Positions 28,501 through 38,256 of a DNA stretch of 64,000 nt are shown here, one piece after another. Origin of the DNA: Candidatus Cryptobacteroides sp. (lineage in GTDB: Bacteria > Bacteroidota > Bacteroidia > Bacteroidales > UBA932); contig JBGVQX010000014.1 of NCBI GenBank assembly GCA_045127905.1, positions 1,683-65,682 on the forward strand, read 5' to 3'. Numbering within the stretch: position 1 is the stretch's first letter; each line of letters starts with the position of its first letter. Made by a program: the position numbers and the translations under genes. The notes beneath the pieces were generated by a model. The model searched no databases, was not told the DNA's origin, and saw only the letters and a list, made by a program, of their open reading frames with translations.

Positions 28501-29486
28501 TATTTTGTTCTTCCGATTAATTTCTTTGCGTAGTTTTCAAGCAGAGCGGCTTTTTCTGGAGCAAGTCCTAGCAATGAGATGTGTTCCATAGCCTGTGCGT
28601 GTAGTCTTACGATCTCATCTTTCGCCTCTTCGCCGATTCCTAGTGCTGCGTAGATATCCTTGACAGCAGCAATTTTAGCTGTCTTCTGTCCGTCGCTCTC
28701 TATAGGCATCTTCATTGCCGCAAGCAACTGCTCGCGTACTGCGTCAGGTGCCTTCTCAAAAGCTCTGGTGGTGAGCCAGTTCTTCTTGTTATTGAGTATG
28801 TCTCCTCCGATAGCTTTTCCGAAGACGGCAGGATCTCCATAAGTGTCCAGCCAGTCGTCCGCCACCTGGAACGCCAGTCCGAGGTCGTAGCCGTATTTAT
28901 ACAGCAGGTCGCATGACCCGGCAGGAGCCTCTGCGATAATCGCTCCCATCTTCGCTGCACATGCTATCAGCACGGCAGTCTTCAGGCCGATCATCTTCAT
29001 GTAGTCTGTCATGGGAACAAAGTCAGAATTCTCGAAATCCATATCGAACTGCTGTCCTTCACACACTTCTGCAGCTGTCTTGTTGAATAACCCGAGTACC
29101 TGAGGAAGCACTTTGGCCGGTGCCTTGGCAATCATCTTGTAGCTCTCTATCGACATGACGTCGCCTGAAAGGATCGCTGTGTTCTCGTCCCACTTGCGGT
29201 ACACGGTCGGCACTCCGCGGCGCACATCCGCCTTGTCCATGATGTCGTCATGAATCAAGGTGAAGCTGTGGAATACCTCGATGGCTGCAGCAGGAGTCAG
29301 AATTTCTTCGTTGAACTCATCCTTGTACAGAGCATATGCTGTAAGGCAAAGACGAGGGCGTATCCTCTTTCCTCCGATCTGGATCATGTATCTGAGCGGG
29401 TCGTATAGACCTGCAGGCTCAGGTGTGAATGTCAGATTGTCAAACAGCTCCTTCAGAGCGGTGTCGATATGGTTTTCTTGTATCAT
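28500..29486 (-). CDS. Polyprenyl diphosphate synthase
   Basis: GGKRIRP, HDDIMD, GQQFDM, KT, FQVADD. Confidence 0.95.
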   Translation of the reverse strand: MIQENHIDTALKELFDNLTFTPEPAGLYDPLRYMIQIGGKRIRPRLCLTAYALYKDEFNEEILTPAAAIEVFHSFTLIHDDIMDKADVRRGVPTVYRKWDENTAILSGDVMSIESYKMIAKAPAKVLPQVLGLFNKTAAEVCEGQQFDMDFENSDFVPMTDYMKMIGLKTAVLIACAAKMGAIIAEAPAGSCDLLYKYGYDLGLAFQVADDWLDTYGDPAVFGKAIGGDILNNKKNWLTTRAFEKAPDAVREQLLAAMKMPIESDGQKTAKIAAVKDIYAALGIGEEAKDEIVRLHAQAMEHISLLGLAPEKAALLENYAKKLIGRTK

Positions 29487-29683
29487 GGTGCTTTAAAAAC
29501 TATAACATGCAAAGATAGTTATTTTAAATGAAAATTTACCTGTGGCACTTAACTGTCTTAAAATTAGTGTATTATCTTGTGGTTATCCTATGAAAAAGAA
29601 GGATAACCATGTGGTAAATGCTTGTGTGATAGTTTGTTATATGCCACGGGTGTTTTTTGTGGCGATTTTGCTATCTTTGCACC

Positions 29684-30694
29684 ATGATTATAAATGGACA
29701 AGCGACAGTAGTAAAGCACACCGGAAGCCATTATCTTCTGGCTCAGCTCCCCGGTTGGGACCTTTTCCCGGCTGTGCTCAGAGGAAAGATCAGGCTTAAG
29801 GGCAGCACTGCGACCAACCCGGTTGCGGTGGGTGACCATGTGACATTCTCCGTGGATGTTCCGGAAGACGCTTTCGTGCAGGAAGGCGGCGTGCTGACCG
29901 ATGACGGAAGAAGGGTATCTATGGAATATCTCATTCTGGAGAATCCGGCAGCGATAACGGCTGTGCATCCCCGCAAGAACTATATAATCCGCAAATCAAC
30001 CAACCTTTCACGTCAGTCGCACATCATAGCGGCAAATCTTGACCGTGCGTTCATTATCGCTACCATAGATTATCCGGAAATCAAGCTTCCGTTCCTTGAC
30101 CGTATTCTCGTTACATGCGAGGTCTATAATGTCCCGGTGACCATAGTGCTGAACAAGGTGGACCTTTACCGTGAGTCCCATGCTGAGATGCTTGCCGCAT
30201 TTCATGAAATATACGAGGGTGCAGGCTATCCGGTGCTGGAAGTCTCTGCTAAGACTGGAGAAGGCGTTGATGCCCTCAGAGAGGCCTGCAACGGGCATGT
30301 ATCCCTGTTTTCAGGAGTGTCCGGAGTGGGCAAGTCGTCTCTGATCAAGGCTCTTGACCCTTCTCTTGACCCTAAGGTGGGAGAAATATCCGAGGCTCAT
30401 GTCCAGGGTAAGCACACCACGACTTTCTATGAGATGTATGCGCTTTCTTCAGGTGGTTTCATCGTGGATACCCCTGGTTTGAGAGGCTTCGGTCTGGTGG
30501 ACCTCAAGAAGGAGGAAATCGCTCTCTACTTCCCTGAAATGCTCAAGGCATCCGAAGGCTGCCGTTTTTCTCCATGCACCCACACTCATGAGCCGGGTTG
30601 CGCTGTAAAGGAAGCTGTTGAGGCAGGGGAGATCAGCTATGACCGTTACTCTTCCTATCTTGGCATGCTGGATGAAGAAGGCAAGTACAGGTAA
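29684..30694 (+). CDS. rsgA: Ribosome small subunit-dependent GTPase A
   Basis: NKVD, GVSGVGKSS, HTT, DTPG, CxFxxCxHxxEPGC. Confidence 0.96.
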   Translation: MIINGQATVVKHTGSHYLLAQLPGWDLFPAVLRGKIRLKGSTATNPVAVGDHVTFSVDVPEDAFVQEGGVLTDDGRRVSMEYLILENPAAITAVHPRKNYIIRKSTNLSRQSHIIAANLDRAFIIATIDYPEIKLPFLDRILVTCEVYNVPVTIVLNKVDLYRESHAEMLAAFHEIYEGAGYPVLEVSAKTGEGVDALREACNGHVSLFSGVSGVGKSSLIKALDPSLDPKVGEISEAHVQGKHTTTFYEMYALSSGGFIVDTPGLRGFGLVDLKKEEIALYFPEMLKASEGCRFSPCTHTHEPGCAVKEAVEAGEISYDRYSSYLGMLDEEGKYR

Positions 30695-32067
30695 TGAAAA
30701 CAATCAACAAAGACATACTCAAACTGGCCATTCCAAGCATCCTGGCGAACATAACCGTTCCGCTGGTGGGAATGGTTGATATTGCCGTGGCCGGACATCT
30801 TGATGCGAGTGCCGCAACCATGATCGGGGGTATTGCAATAGGCTCCATGCTCTTCGATCTCCTTTATTGGAATTTCGGATTTCTGCGTGTCGGCACAGGC
30901 GGACTTGCGGCCCAGGCATATGGCCGTGGCGACCGCAGGGAATGCACACGCATCCTGGCCCGTGCCCTGGGCATCTCTCTGGCAAGCGCTCTTGTCCTGA
31001 TTGCGATCCAATGGATATTTGTGAAGGCAGCCTTTCTCGTGGTGGATTGCACTCCTGAAGTCCGTGATCTTGCCTCACAGTATTTCTATATCCGCATATG
31101 GGCGGCTCCTGCGACACTCGGCCTGATGGCTCTCAAGGGATGGTTCATCGGCATGCAGGATAGTGTCAGCCCGATGATTACAGATCTTACGGTCAACGGA
31201 ATGAATGTGCTTATGAGTGTAATACTCTCTCTCGGTTTTTCGGTAGGAGGGTTTCATTATGAAGGCATGGGATTCGGTGGTGTGGCTGCAGGTACGGTCG
31301 TGGCCCAGTATTCCGGACTGGCGGTAGCTTTGGCCCTGCTTCTTGTGAAATATCGCAGAAATACCCTTGTGCATATGGAGCGTTGGGACTTCTCCACGCT
31401 TTTCAAAGGAGGGGAGACACGTCGTTTCTTTGTGATGAATGCTGACCTTTTTGTACGTTCTCTCTGCTTTATCGCTATATATATAGGTTTCACAGTCATC
31501 TCTGCCAGATATGGAGACGTGCTTCTGGCAGTAAGTTCGATAATGATGAAACTTCTGATGATATTCTCTTATTTTACCGACGGCTTTGCATATGCCGGAG
31601 AGGCTCTGACCGGAAGGTATATAGGGGCCGGAGATCGGCCAATGGTAAGGACCGCAGTGAAATGGACTTTCATCTGGAGCATGGGTATAGCATTGATATT
31701 CATGGCTATATATCATTTTGCAGGCGTGCCTATGCTGAAGCTTATGACATCTGATGCGACTGTCGTCGAAGCATCACGAGACTATCTTCCATGGCTTCTG
31801 CTTATGCCTGTCGCGGGGTGTGCGGCATTCACGTGGGATGGTGTTTATATTGGAGCTACGGCATCCCGTCAGATGCGCGATTCCATGTTATGGGCTGTCG
31901 TTGCTTTTGCTGCGGTATGGTTTGCCGGCATATTGCTGCTGGGCGCTTTTGCGGCTGATTCACAGTCATACGACAATCTCGCCATGCATATCCTTATGGC
32001 CGCATATTTCGCCCACCTGCTTGCCAGAACCGTATATCTGACTGCAGGATATCGAAAAATTATTTAA
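30694..32067 (+). CDS. MATE-family (DinF-like) transporter
   Basis: LAIPSILANITVPLVGMVD, FGFLRVGT. Confidence 0.92.
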   Translation: MKTINKDILKLAIPSILANITVPLVGMVDIAVAGHLDASAATMIGGIAIGSMLFDLLYWNFGFLRVGTGGLAAQAYGRGDRRECTRILARALGISLASALVLIAIQWIFVKAAFLVVDCTPEVRDLASQYFYIRIWAAPATLGLMALKGWFIGMQDSVSPMITDLTVNGMNVLMSVILSLGFSVGGFHYEGMGFGGVAAGTVVAQYSGLAVALALLLVKYRRNTLVHMERWDFSTLFKGGETRRFFVMNADLFVRSLCFIAIYIGFTVISARYGDVLLAVSSIMMKLLMIFSYFTDGFAYAGEALTGRYIGAGDRPMVRTAVKWTFIWSMGIALIFMAIYHFAGVPMLKLMTSDATVVEASRDYLPWLLLMPVAGCAAFTWDGVYIGATASRQMRDSMLWAVVAFAAVWFAGILLLGAFAADSQSYDNLAMHILMAAYFAHLLARTVYLTAGYRKII

Positions 32068-32078
32068 CTTTGAAGGCT

Positions 32079-33443
32079 ATGAGTCTTTATTCATTCTATA
32101 GGATAAGCAAGCCTTCTGCAGACAAGGTGCCTGACAATCAGGTGCAGGATACGTATAAGTCTCTCAGAAGCAAGACCTTCTGGGGCGCTACGATAGCCTA
32201 CAGCCTGTATTATGTGTGCAGGATGAGCATAAATGTGGTGAAGCAGCCACTCATAGACGAAGGTGTGCTCACGGCAGGAGAACTGGGCCTTATCGGCTCA
32301 GCGCTTCTTTTTGTATATGCTGTCGGCAAGTTCTTGAACGGATTCATTGCGGATTATTGCAACATCCGCCGCTTCATGGCCACCGGACTTTTCATTTCCG
32401 CAATCGTCAATCTGCTTCTGGGGGTCCTCGGCTGGTTTCAGTCTATGATTCCTTCAGTCATCATGTTTCTGGGTTTTGTAGTACTTTGGGGAATAAACGG
32501 ATGGATGCAGTCCATGGGCTCCGCTCCTGGTGTCATCAGCTTGTCACGTTGGTTTCCGCAGTCAAAGAGAGGGTCGTATTACAGTCTGTTCAGCACCAGT
32601 CCTTACATCGGAGAATTTCTGTCGTATAATGTCCTGGCATTTGTGGTGGTGTGGCTCGGGTGGCAGGCAGGTTTTATCGTGGCAGCTGTTGCAGGACTTA
32701 TAGGAACAGCTCTGATTCTGTTTTTTGTGTCTGATACGCCTGAGAGCAAGGGACTTCCGTCTGTTCAGACTCTTTCCGGTGAATCCATGACCAAGGCAGA
32801 CTCCCAATCCACCCGCTATCTTCAGAAAAAAGTCTTGAGACATCCCGGGATATGGGTAATAGCGATTTCCAGCGCCTTTATCTATATCACCAAATACGCG
32901 ATTGCAGGCTGGGGAATCCTTTTCCTTCAGAAGGAGCATGGGTTCGGGCTTGAGGAAGCATCCCAGATAATTGCCTTCTCGGCAGTCTTCGGGATTCTTG
33001 GAACAGTCATTGCGGGCTGGCTTTCAGACCGTGTGTTCAGGGGAGACAGAGTGAAGCCTGCTGTTTTATCCGGAATTTTAAGCACTTCATCATTGATTCT
33101 CTTTCTGTTCGTCGGAGGAGGCTTTGTCCTGAATATCTTTTATGTATCTTTGTTCAGCCTGTCGGTCGGAGTGCTTTACTGCATAGTGGCCGGACTGATG
33201 GCCGTGGATATAGTTCCGCGCAAGGCTACAGGAGCGGCACTTGGAGTTGTTGGAATCTCGAGCTATGTGGCTGCAGGCCTCCAGGATATCACCAGCGGTT
33301 ACCTGATCCAGGGCTTCATGACCAATGTGGACGGAGTCGACTTATATGATTTCGGTCCTGTAGCATGGTTCTGGGTGGCGGCATCTGTAGTATCATTCAT
33401 CCTGCCTGTCATGAACTGGAAGAAGATGAAGCTTAAGGTTTGA
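32079..33443 (+). CDS. MFS transporter, GlpT/UhpT (OPA) type
   Basis: YSLYYVCR, NGWMQSMG, DTPESKGLP, GWLSD. Confidence 0.88.
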   Translation: MSLYSFYRISKPSADKVPDNQVQDTYKSLRSKTFWGATIAYSLYYVCRMSINVVKQPLIDEGVLTAGELGLIGSALLFVYAVGKFLNGFIADYCNIRRFMATGLFISAIVNLLLGVLGWFQSMIPSVIMFLGFVVLWGINGWMQSMGSAPGVISLSRWFPQSKRGSYYSLFSTSPYIGEFLSYNVLAFVVVWLGWQAGFIVAAVAGLIGTALILFFVSDTPESKGLPSVQTLSGESMTKADSQSTRYLQKKVLRHPGIWVIAISSAFIYITKYAIAGWGILFLQKEHGFGLEEASQIIAFSAVFGILGTVIAGWLSDRVFRGDRVKPAVLSGILSTSSLILFLFVGGGFVLNIFYVSLFSLSVGVLYCIVAGLMAVDIVPRKATGAALGVVGISSYVAAGLQDITSGYLIQGFMTNVDGVDLYDFGPVAWFWVAASVVSFILPVMNWKKMKLKV

Positions 33444-33470
33444 TAAATAATTAATTAACTATATAAATTT

Positions 33471-35873
33471 ATGACACTACACATCAGCATTGAATACAAG
33501 ACATCCTGGGGCGAGGAACTCCTTCTTTGTCTTGGCGGAAAGCGCTATCCTCTTTCCTACACTCCTGACGGAATCTGGGAAGGAGAGGTGGCAAGGGTCA
33601 ATCCTGAGAAGGTGAAGGAGTACGCCTACGAAGTTGTGCGTGACGGTCAGACCGTTCGTACCGAATGGAAAGGCCATACTCTTACACTTCCTGAAGGAAC
33701 TTCCCCTAAGGTCCTGACAGTATATGACAAATGGAACGACCGTCCTTATAACTCTCCGTTCTATTCTTCGGCATTTACCCAGGCTATTCTCGGCAGAAAG
33801 AAAGATAAGTCCCAGAAGGCTCCTAAGGATGCAAATGTGCTTATCAAGGTGGCGGCTCCGACCCTTCGCCCGAATGAAGTGCTTGCTCTCGCCGGTAGCG
33901 GCAAGGCTCTGAAGGAATGGTCTAAGACTATGGTCTTCGATGCAACCGAGTTCCCTTATTGGACTCTTGCTCTAAATGTTACCGAACCGTTCGCATATAA
34001 GCTTTTCATCGCAGACAAGGCCACTCTTGCTCCTGTGGCATGGGAAAGCGGTGAGAACAGATGGTTCTCCGTACTTCCTCAGGAAGATGAAATGGTCGTT
34101 GAGGCTGATGTGCAGGTTTACTTCAGCGGAAGAGATTGGAAGGGTGCCGGTACCGCGATTCCGGTGTTCTCGCTCCGCACTGAGGACGACTTCGGTGTGG
34201 GTGAGTTCTATGATCTGAAGAAGATGGTGGACTGGGCAGCGGCCACAGGCCAGAGCATCCTCCAGCTTCTCCCTATCAATGACACCACGATGCTCCACAC
34301 ATGGGAGGACTCATATCCATATAATCCTAACTCTACTTTCGCTCTTCATCCTCAGTTCATCCATCTGCCTGCAGCAGGTGTGAAGGTGGACGAGGCCTAC
34401 AAGGCTCTTCAGGCAGAGCTGAATGCTCTGGACCAGATAGACTATGAGAGAGTGAACAATGCCAAGCTTGAGCTCCTTCACAAGGCTTTCGACAAGACTT
34501 TCAAGAAGCTTTCGGCGACAGCCGGCTATCAGGCTTTCGTGGAGAAGAACGCGCATTGGCTTCTTCCATATGCGGCTTTCTGTGTCCTTCGCGACATTTA
34601 TGGCACGCCTGACTTCTCACAGTGGAAGGGTTACGCCAAATATAATAAAAAGAAGGTTGCTGCCTTCTGTGAAGAGCATAAGGCTGAGATAGACTTCTGG
34701 TGCTTCGTGCAGTACCATCTTGATCTTCAGCTCTCTGAGGTATGCAAGTATGCTCACTCTAAGGGTGTCATCTTCAAGGGTGACCTTCCTATCGGAATCA
34801 GCCGCACCAGCGTGGATGCATGGCTTTATCCGGAGCTCTTCCACATGGACTCGCAGGCGGGAGCACCACCTGATGCATTCTCTGCTGACGGTCAGAACTG
34901 GGGATTCCCGACATATAACTGGGAGAAGATGGCTGAGGACGGATACGCATGGTGGAAGTCCCGCCTGGCCAAGATGTCCGAGTACTTCGATGCATTCCGT
35001 ATCGACCACATTCTCGGCTTCTTCCGCATCTGGGAGATTCCTCTCTGGACAAAGAGCGGCCTGAACGGATATTTCAACCCTGCACTTCCATACCCTGCGC
35101 ATGAGCTTCAGAGTCAGGGCTTCGATGTGAACAACTTCGACCTCTTCATGGAGGACCCACGCAAGACAGGTCACTATCATCCTAAGATCGGTGCAAAGTC
35201 AACTCAGGGCTACATGTGGCTGGATGCCTATCGTCGCGCAGCCTATGATCGTCTATATGAAGACTTCTTCTACCGTCGCAACAACGAGTTCTGGAAGGAA
35301 AAGGCTATGCAGAAACTCCCTGCACTTCTCGATTCCACAGGAATGCTCGCATGCGGCGAGGACCTCGGAATGATTCCGGCTACAGTGCCTCAGGTGATGT
35401 CTGACCTCAGAATCCTTTCGCTCGAGATCCAGCGCATGCCTAAGTCTGTTGAAGAGACATTCGCTCATCCGTCGAACTATCCATACCTCTCTGTCTGCAC
35501 AACTTCTACCCACGACATGAACCCTATCCGTGCATGGTGGGAGGAAGACCGTCAGGTTACCGACCAGTTCTGGCAGATGATTCTCGGCAATCAGGGAGAG
35601 GCACCATACTATTGCGAGCCATGGATATGCCGCCAGATTCTTGAGCAGCATCTCTGGTCTCCGGCAATGCTCACAGTGCTTCCTCTTCAGGATTGGCTTT
35701 CGATGGACGGTGCACTCCGCCGCCTCAATCCTAATGACGAGCGCATCAATGTTCCGGCAAACTCACGCCACTACTGGCGTTACAGAATGCATCTGACAGT
35801 AGAGCAGCTTGCAGCAGCGAAGGACTTCAATGAAACTCTCGCAGGCATGATCGAAGCCAGCGGCAGAAAGTAA
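33471..35873 (+). CDS. malQ: 4-alpha-glucanotransferase, GH77 with N-terminal CBM20-like domains
   Basis: KGDLPIG, QNWGFPTY, RIDHILGFFRIW, GEDLG, STHD. Confidence 0.95.
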   Translation: MTLHISIEYKTSWGEELLLCLGGKRYPLSYTPDGIWEGEVARVNPEKVKEYAYEVVRDGQTVRTEWKGHTLTLPEGTSPKVLTVYDKWNDRPYNSPFYSSAFTQAILGRKKDKSQKAPKDANVLIKVAAPTLRPNEVLALAGSGKALKEWSKTMVFDATEFPYWTLALNVTEPFAYKLFIADKATLAPVAWESGENRWFSVLPQEDEMVVEADVQVYFSGRDWKGAGTAIPVFSLRTEDDFGVGEFYDLKKMVDWAAATGQSILQLLPINDTTMLHTWEDSYPYNPNSTFALHPQFIHLPAAGVKVDEAYKALQAELNALDQIDYERVNNAKLELLHKAFDKTFKKLSATAGYQAFVEKNAHWLLPYAAFCVLRDIYGTPDFSQWKGYAKYNKKKVAAFCEEHKAEIDFWCFVQYHLDLQLSEVCKYAHSKGVIFKGDLPIGISRTSVDAWLYPELFHMDSQAGAPPDAFSADGQNWGFPTYNWEKMAEDGYAWWKSRLAKMSEYFDAFRIDHILGFFRIWEIPLWTKSGLNGYFNPALPYPAHELQSQGFDVNNFDLFMEDPRKTGHYHPKIGAKSTQGYMWLDAYRRAAYDRLYEDFFYRRNNEFWKEKAMQKLPALLDSTGMLACGEDLGMIPATVPQVMSDLRILSLEIQRMPKSVEETFAHPSNYPYLSVCTTSTHDMNPIRAWWEEDRQVTDQFWQMILGNQGEAPYYCEPWICRQILEQHLWSPAMLTVLPLQDWLSMDGALRRLNPNDERINVPANSRHYWRYRMHLTVEQLAAAKDFNETLAGMIEASGRK

Positions 35874-35908
35874 AAAAGTTGAGTCGAAAGACTCAACTTT
35901 TTTACTTT
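35867..35908. terminator. Bidirectional terminator overlapping both stop codons
   Basis: AAAGTAAAAAAGTTGAGTC GAAA GACTCAACTTTTTTACTTT, perfect inverted repeat. Confidence 0.9.
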
Positions 35909-36663
35909 TCCAGCCACGCAAGGAAGTCGTCCACACGGGAGCGGCTGACAGTCATCTCAAACGGAGACTCTGGCTCGGAGACTATGCGCAGGCGTCCTCC
36001 GGCCTGCTTCACGATACTTCTGATAGCCTTGAGCGACATTATGCAGCCTCTTGAGATCCTGAAGAAATCCTTTGGGTTGAGGTCTTCGTAGATCACATCC
36101 AGAGAAGAGTCTATGACGTATTTATGACCGTCGGATGTTACTAGGTAGTTGTTCTTCTCCTCGGAATAGACATATGCGATGTCGGAAGTCTGAAGAGGAA
36201 CAATACGGTCGTTGAATCGGACTATATATCTTTCCTTGTATTCCTTTTTAGGTTCTAAATTATTGTTTCCGACAGCCTTAAGCAGCTGCTCCACATCAAC
36301 CATTCCTCCGCTCATGCGGCATCTTGCCACAGCTCTTTTTAATGCAGATGAGTCGATAGGTTTCAGAAGATAGTCCACGCTCCCGGTCTCGAAAGCCTTC
36401 ACTGCATAATGATCATATGCCGTAGTCATTATCACTTTCGCCTTGACATCCGTCTGACGGAAAATTTCGAAACATACTCCGTCCGCCAGTTCCACATCCA
36501 TGAAGATTATATCCACTGCATCAGGATTCTCCTTCAGCCATGATACCACACCTTTGACGGATGAAAGAATATTCACGACAGTGATGTCCGGGAAATTCTG
36601 CGCAAGCAGTCTGACCAGGCTCTTCTGAGCCATTATCTCATCTTCAACAATAAGTACCTTCAT
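35902..36663 (-). CDS. LytTR-family response regulator
   Basis: IVEDE, FMDVEL, TTAYD, YLLKP; FFRISR LytTR domain. Confidence 0.95.
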   Translation of the reverse strand: MKVLIVEDEIMAQKSLVRLLAQNFPDITVVNILSSVKGVVSWLKENPDAVDIIFMDVELADGVCFEIFRQTDVKAKVIMTTAYDHYAVKAFETGSVDYLLKPIDSSALKRAVARCRMSGGMVDVEQLLKAVGNNNLEPKKEYKERYIVRFNDRIVPLQTSDIAYVYSEEKNNYLVTSDGHKYVIDSSLDVIYEDLNPKDFFRISRGCIMSLKAIRSIVKQAGGRLRIVSEPESPFEMTVSRSRVDDFLAWLEK

Positions 36664-36665
36664 AT

Positions 36666-38051
36666 CTATAATAATGGTAAGGTTACACAATATTTGTCGG
36701 CAGTGCTCTTTATCTCAATGGACTTTCCTGACAGGTCCATATACATTTGCCTGATGTATTTCTGTCCGAGCCCGGTAGAAGGACTCTTCGTGATTTTCGG
36801 CACGATGTTGTTGCTGACCCTTATATAGCCGTCTCCAGCTGACTCTATCTTGATTCTAAGCGGGTTGTCTGCTGAGACTGCATTATGTTTGTTCGCATTC
36901 TCGATCAGCAGCTGTATCGAACATGGCAGCACAAAGCGGCTGTAGTCTTCCTCGGCAATATTCATCTCCACATCGAAGCCTTCGGGAAAACGTACCTTCA
37001 GCAGATCCGCATACAGATTCACGAACACCAGCTCATCTCTCAGAGGCACCAGTTCTTCGTCCTCGCTTTTAATCATATATCTGTAAATGCCTGCGAGCTT
37101 ATGGATGTAGATGCTGGCTTTCTCGCTCTGTTCTTCGCACACCAGACAATCAAGGATGTTGAGCGAGTTGAACAGGAAATGCGGGTTCACCTGACGTTTC
37201 AGCTTGATGTAGCGGTACTGCGCCATATTCGCTTTCTCACGTGCGTGAGTCATTTCCGACTTGGCTGTAATCGCGTAGTTTGCCATATATATGATACAGT
37301 ATATGGTTACCTGAGCCAGCAGGGATACGGTGAACAGAAGAGGAAATTCACGCCCGAAAACAGCTCTGAAGTCAAAAGGTATGCCGGAGCCTGCAAGGAT
37401 GCTTTCCAACATTGTGGCTGTAAGCATGAAACCGATGAAAATCAGAGTCTTTAGCCATGGTTGCAAATCCTTTATCCTTTTTTTGCTGGTAAGGCGTATG
37501 TATAGGATGTTGATGCAGATGAGGATTACCATTGAGACTGAGTTCGTCAGAATACGCCCGGTAACTTCCATTATATGTCCGGAGTCGAACGGCTCTGTGT
37601 TGAACAGCAGCACGATGCCCAGCCTGATGACGAAAATGCCTCCTGCGGCAAGCAGCAGCCATTTCATGTAAGGGGAAGAAAGTGAATTGCCTTCTTTGCC
37701 GGCAGACCCTTCCTTGAACATGTCTGAAAACGCCACTATGCTCCATCCCAGAACCTCAGTAGTCACCGCGGTGGACACCGTATTTACTACATATTGCGAG
37801 CTGAACAGCAGCTGGAGCAGATTTGCTCCGAGGGTTCCCATAAGATAGCCTATGATGTTTCCTACGATGATGATGGATGCTGTGAACTCGATGCTGAGAT
37901 TTTTTCTATAGCATATCAGGAGTGACATCGCAATAGTCATGATCGTAAGCAGAAGTTCGTCTTCTACTCCTGCCAGCCTGCATGAAAGGGCCGTTACGGC
38001 ATGCAGCAGTGCAAAAATATGAATTATTAAGGACGGCTTGATATTCCTCAT
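36666..38051 (-). CDS. LytS-type membrane histidine kinase
   Basis: Multi-TM N-terminus; QVNPHFLFNSLN, QLLIENA, STGLG. Confidence 0.93.
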   Translation of the reverse strand: MRNIKPSLIIHIFALLHAVTALSCRLAGVEDELLLTIMTIAMSLLICYRKNLSIEFTASIIIVGNIIGYLMGTLGANLLQLLFSSQYVVNTVSTAVTTEVLGWSIVAFSDMFKEGSAGKEGNSLSSPYMKWLLLAAGGIFVIRLGIVLLFNTEPFDSGHIMEVTGRILTNSVSMVILICINILYIRLTSKKRIKDLQPWLKTLIFIGFMLTATMLESILAGSGIPFDFRAVFGREFPLLFTVSLLAQVTIYCIIYMANYAITAKSEMTHAREKANMAQYRYIKLKRQVNPHFLFNSLNILDCLVCEEQSEKASIYIHKLAGIYRYMIKSEDEELVPLRDELVFVNLYADLLKVRFPEGFDVEMNIAEEDYSRFVLPCSIQLLIENANKHNAVSADNPLRIKIESAGDGYIRVSNNIVPKITKSPSTGLGQKYIRQMYMDLSGKSIEIKSTADKYCVTLPLL

Positions 38052-38120
38052 AAATGCCCCAAATGTCAGATTTCAACTTCGAAGATAGGTAAAATCGGCA
38101 GATTATCCAATTTTTGCCTT

Positions 38121-38171
38121 TCTTTCATCCCGAAAAACGCGCCGCTCGTCATTTTCTTTGCGCCGTTCGTC
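38121..38171 (+). promoter_or_regulatory. Putative LytTR binding site (direct repeats, 21-bp period)
   Basis: CTTTCATC (ends 38129), GCGCCGCTCGTC (38139-38150), GCGCCGTTCGTC (38160-38171). Confidence 0.6.
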
Positions 38172-38256
38172 TTATGAAATTCGCGCGTCTTATATTTAAT
38201 GATTATTTTAGCAAACTTATTTTATGCTACGAATTAATAACTAAAAACGCCATAAA

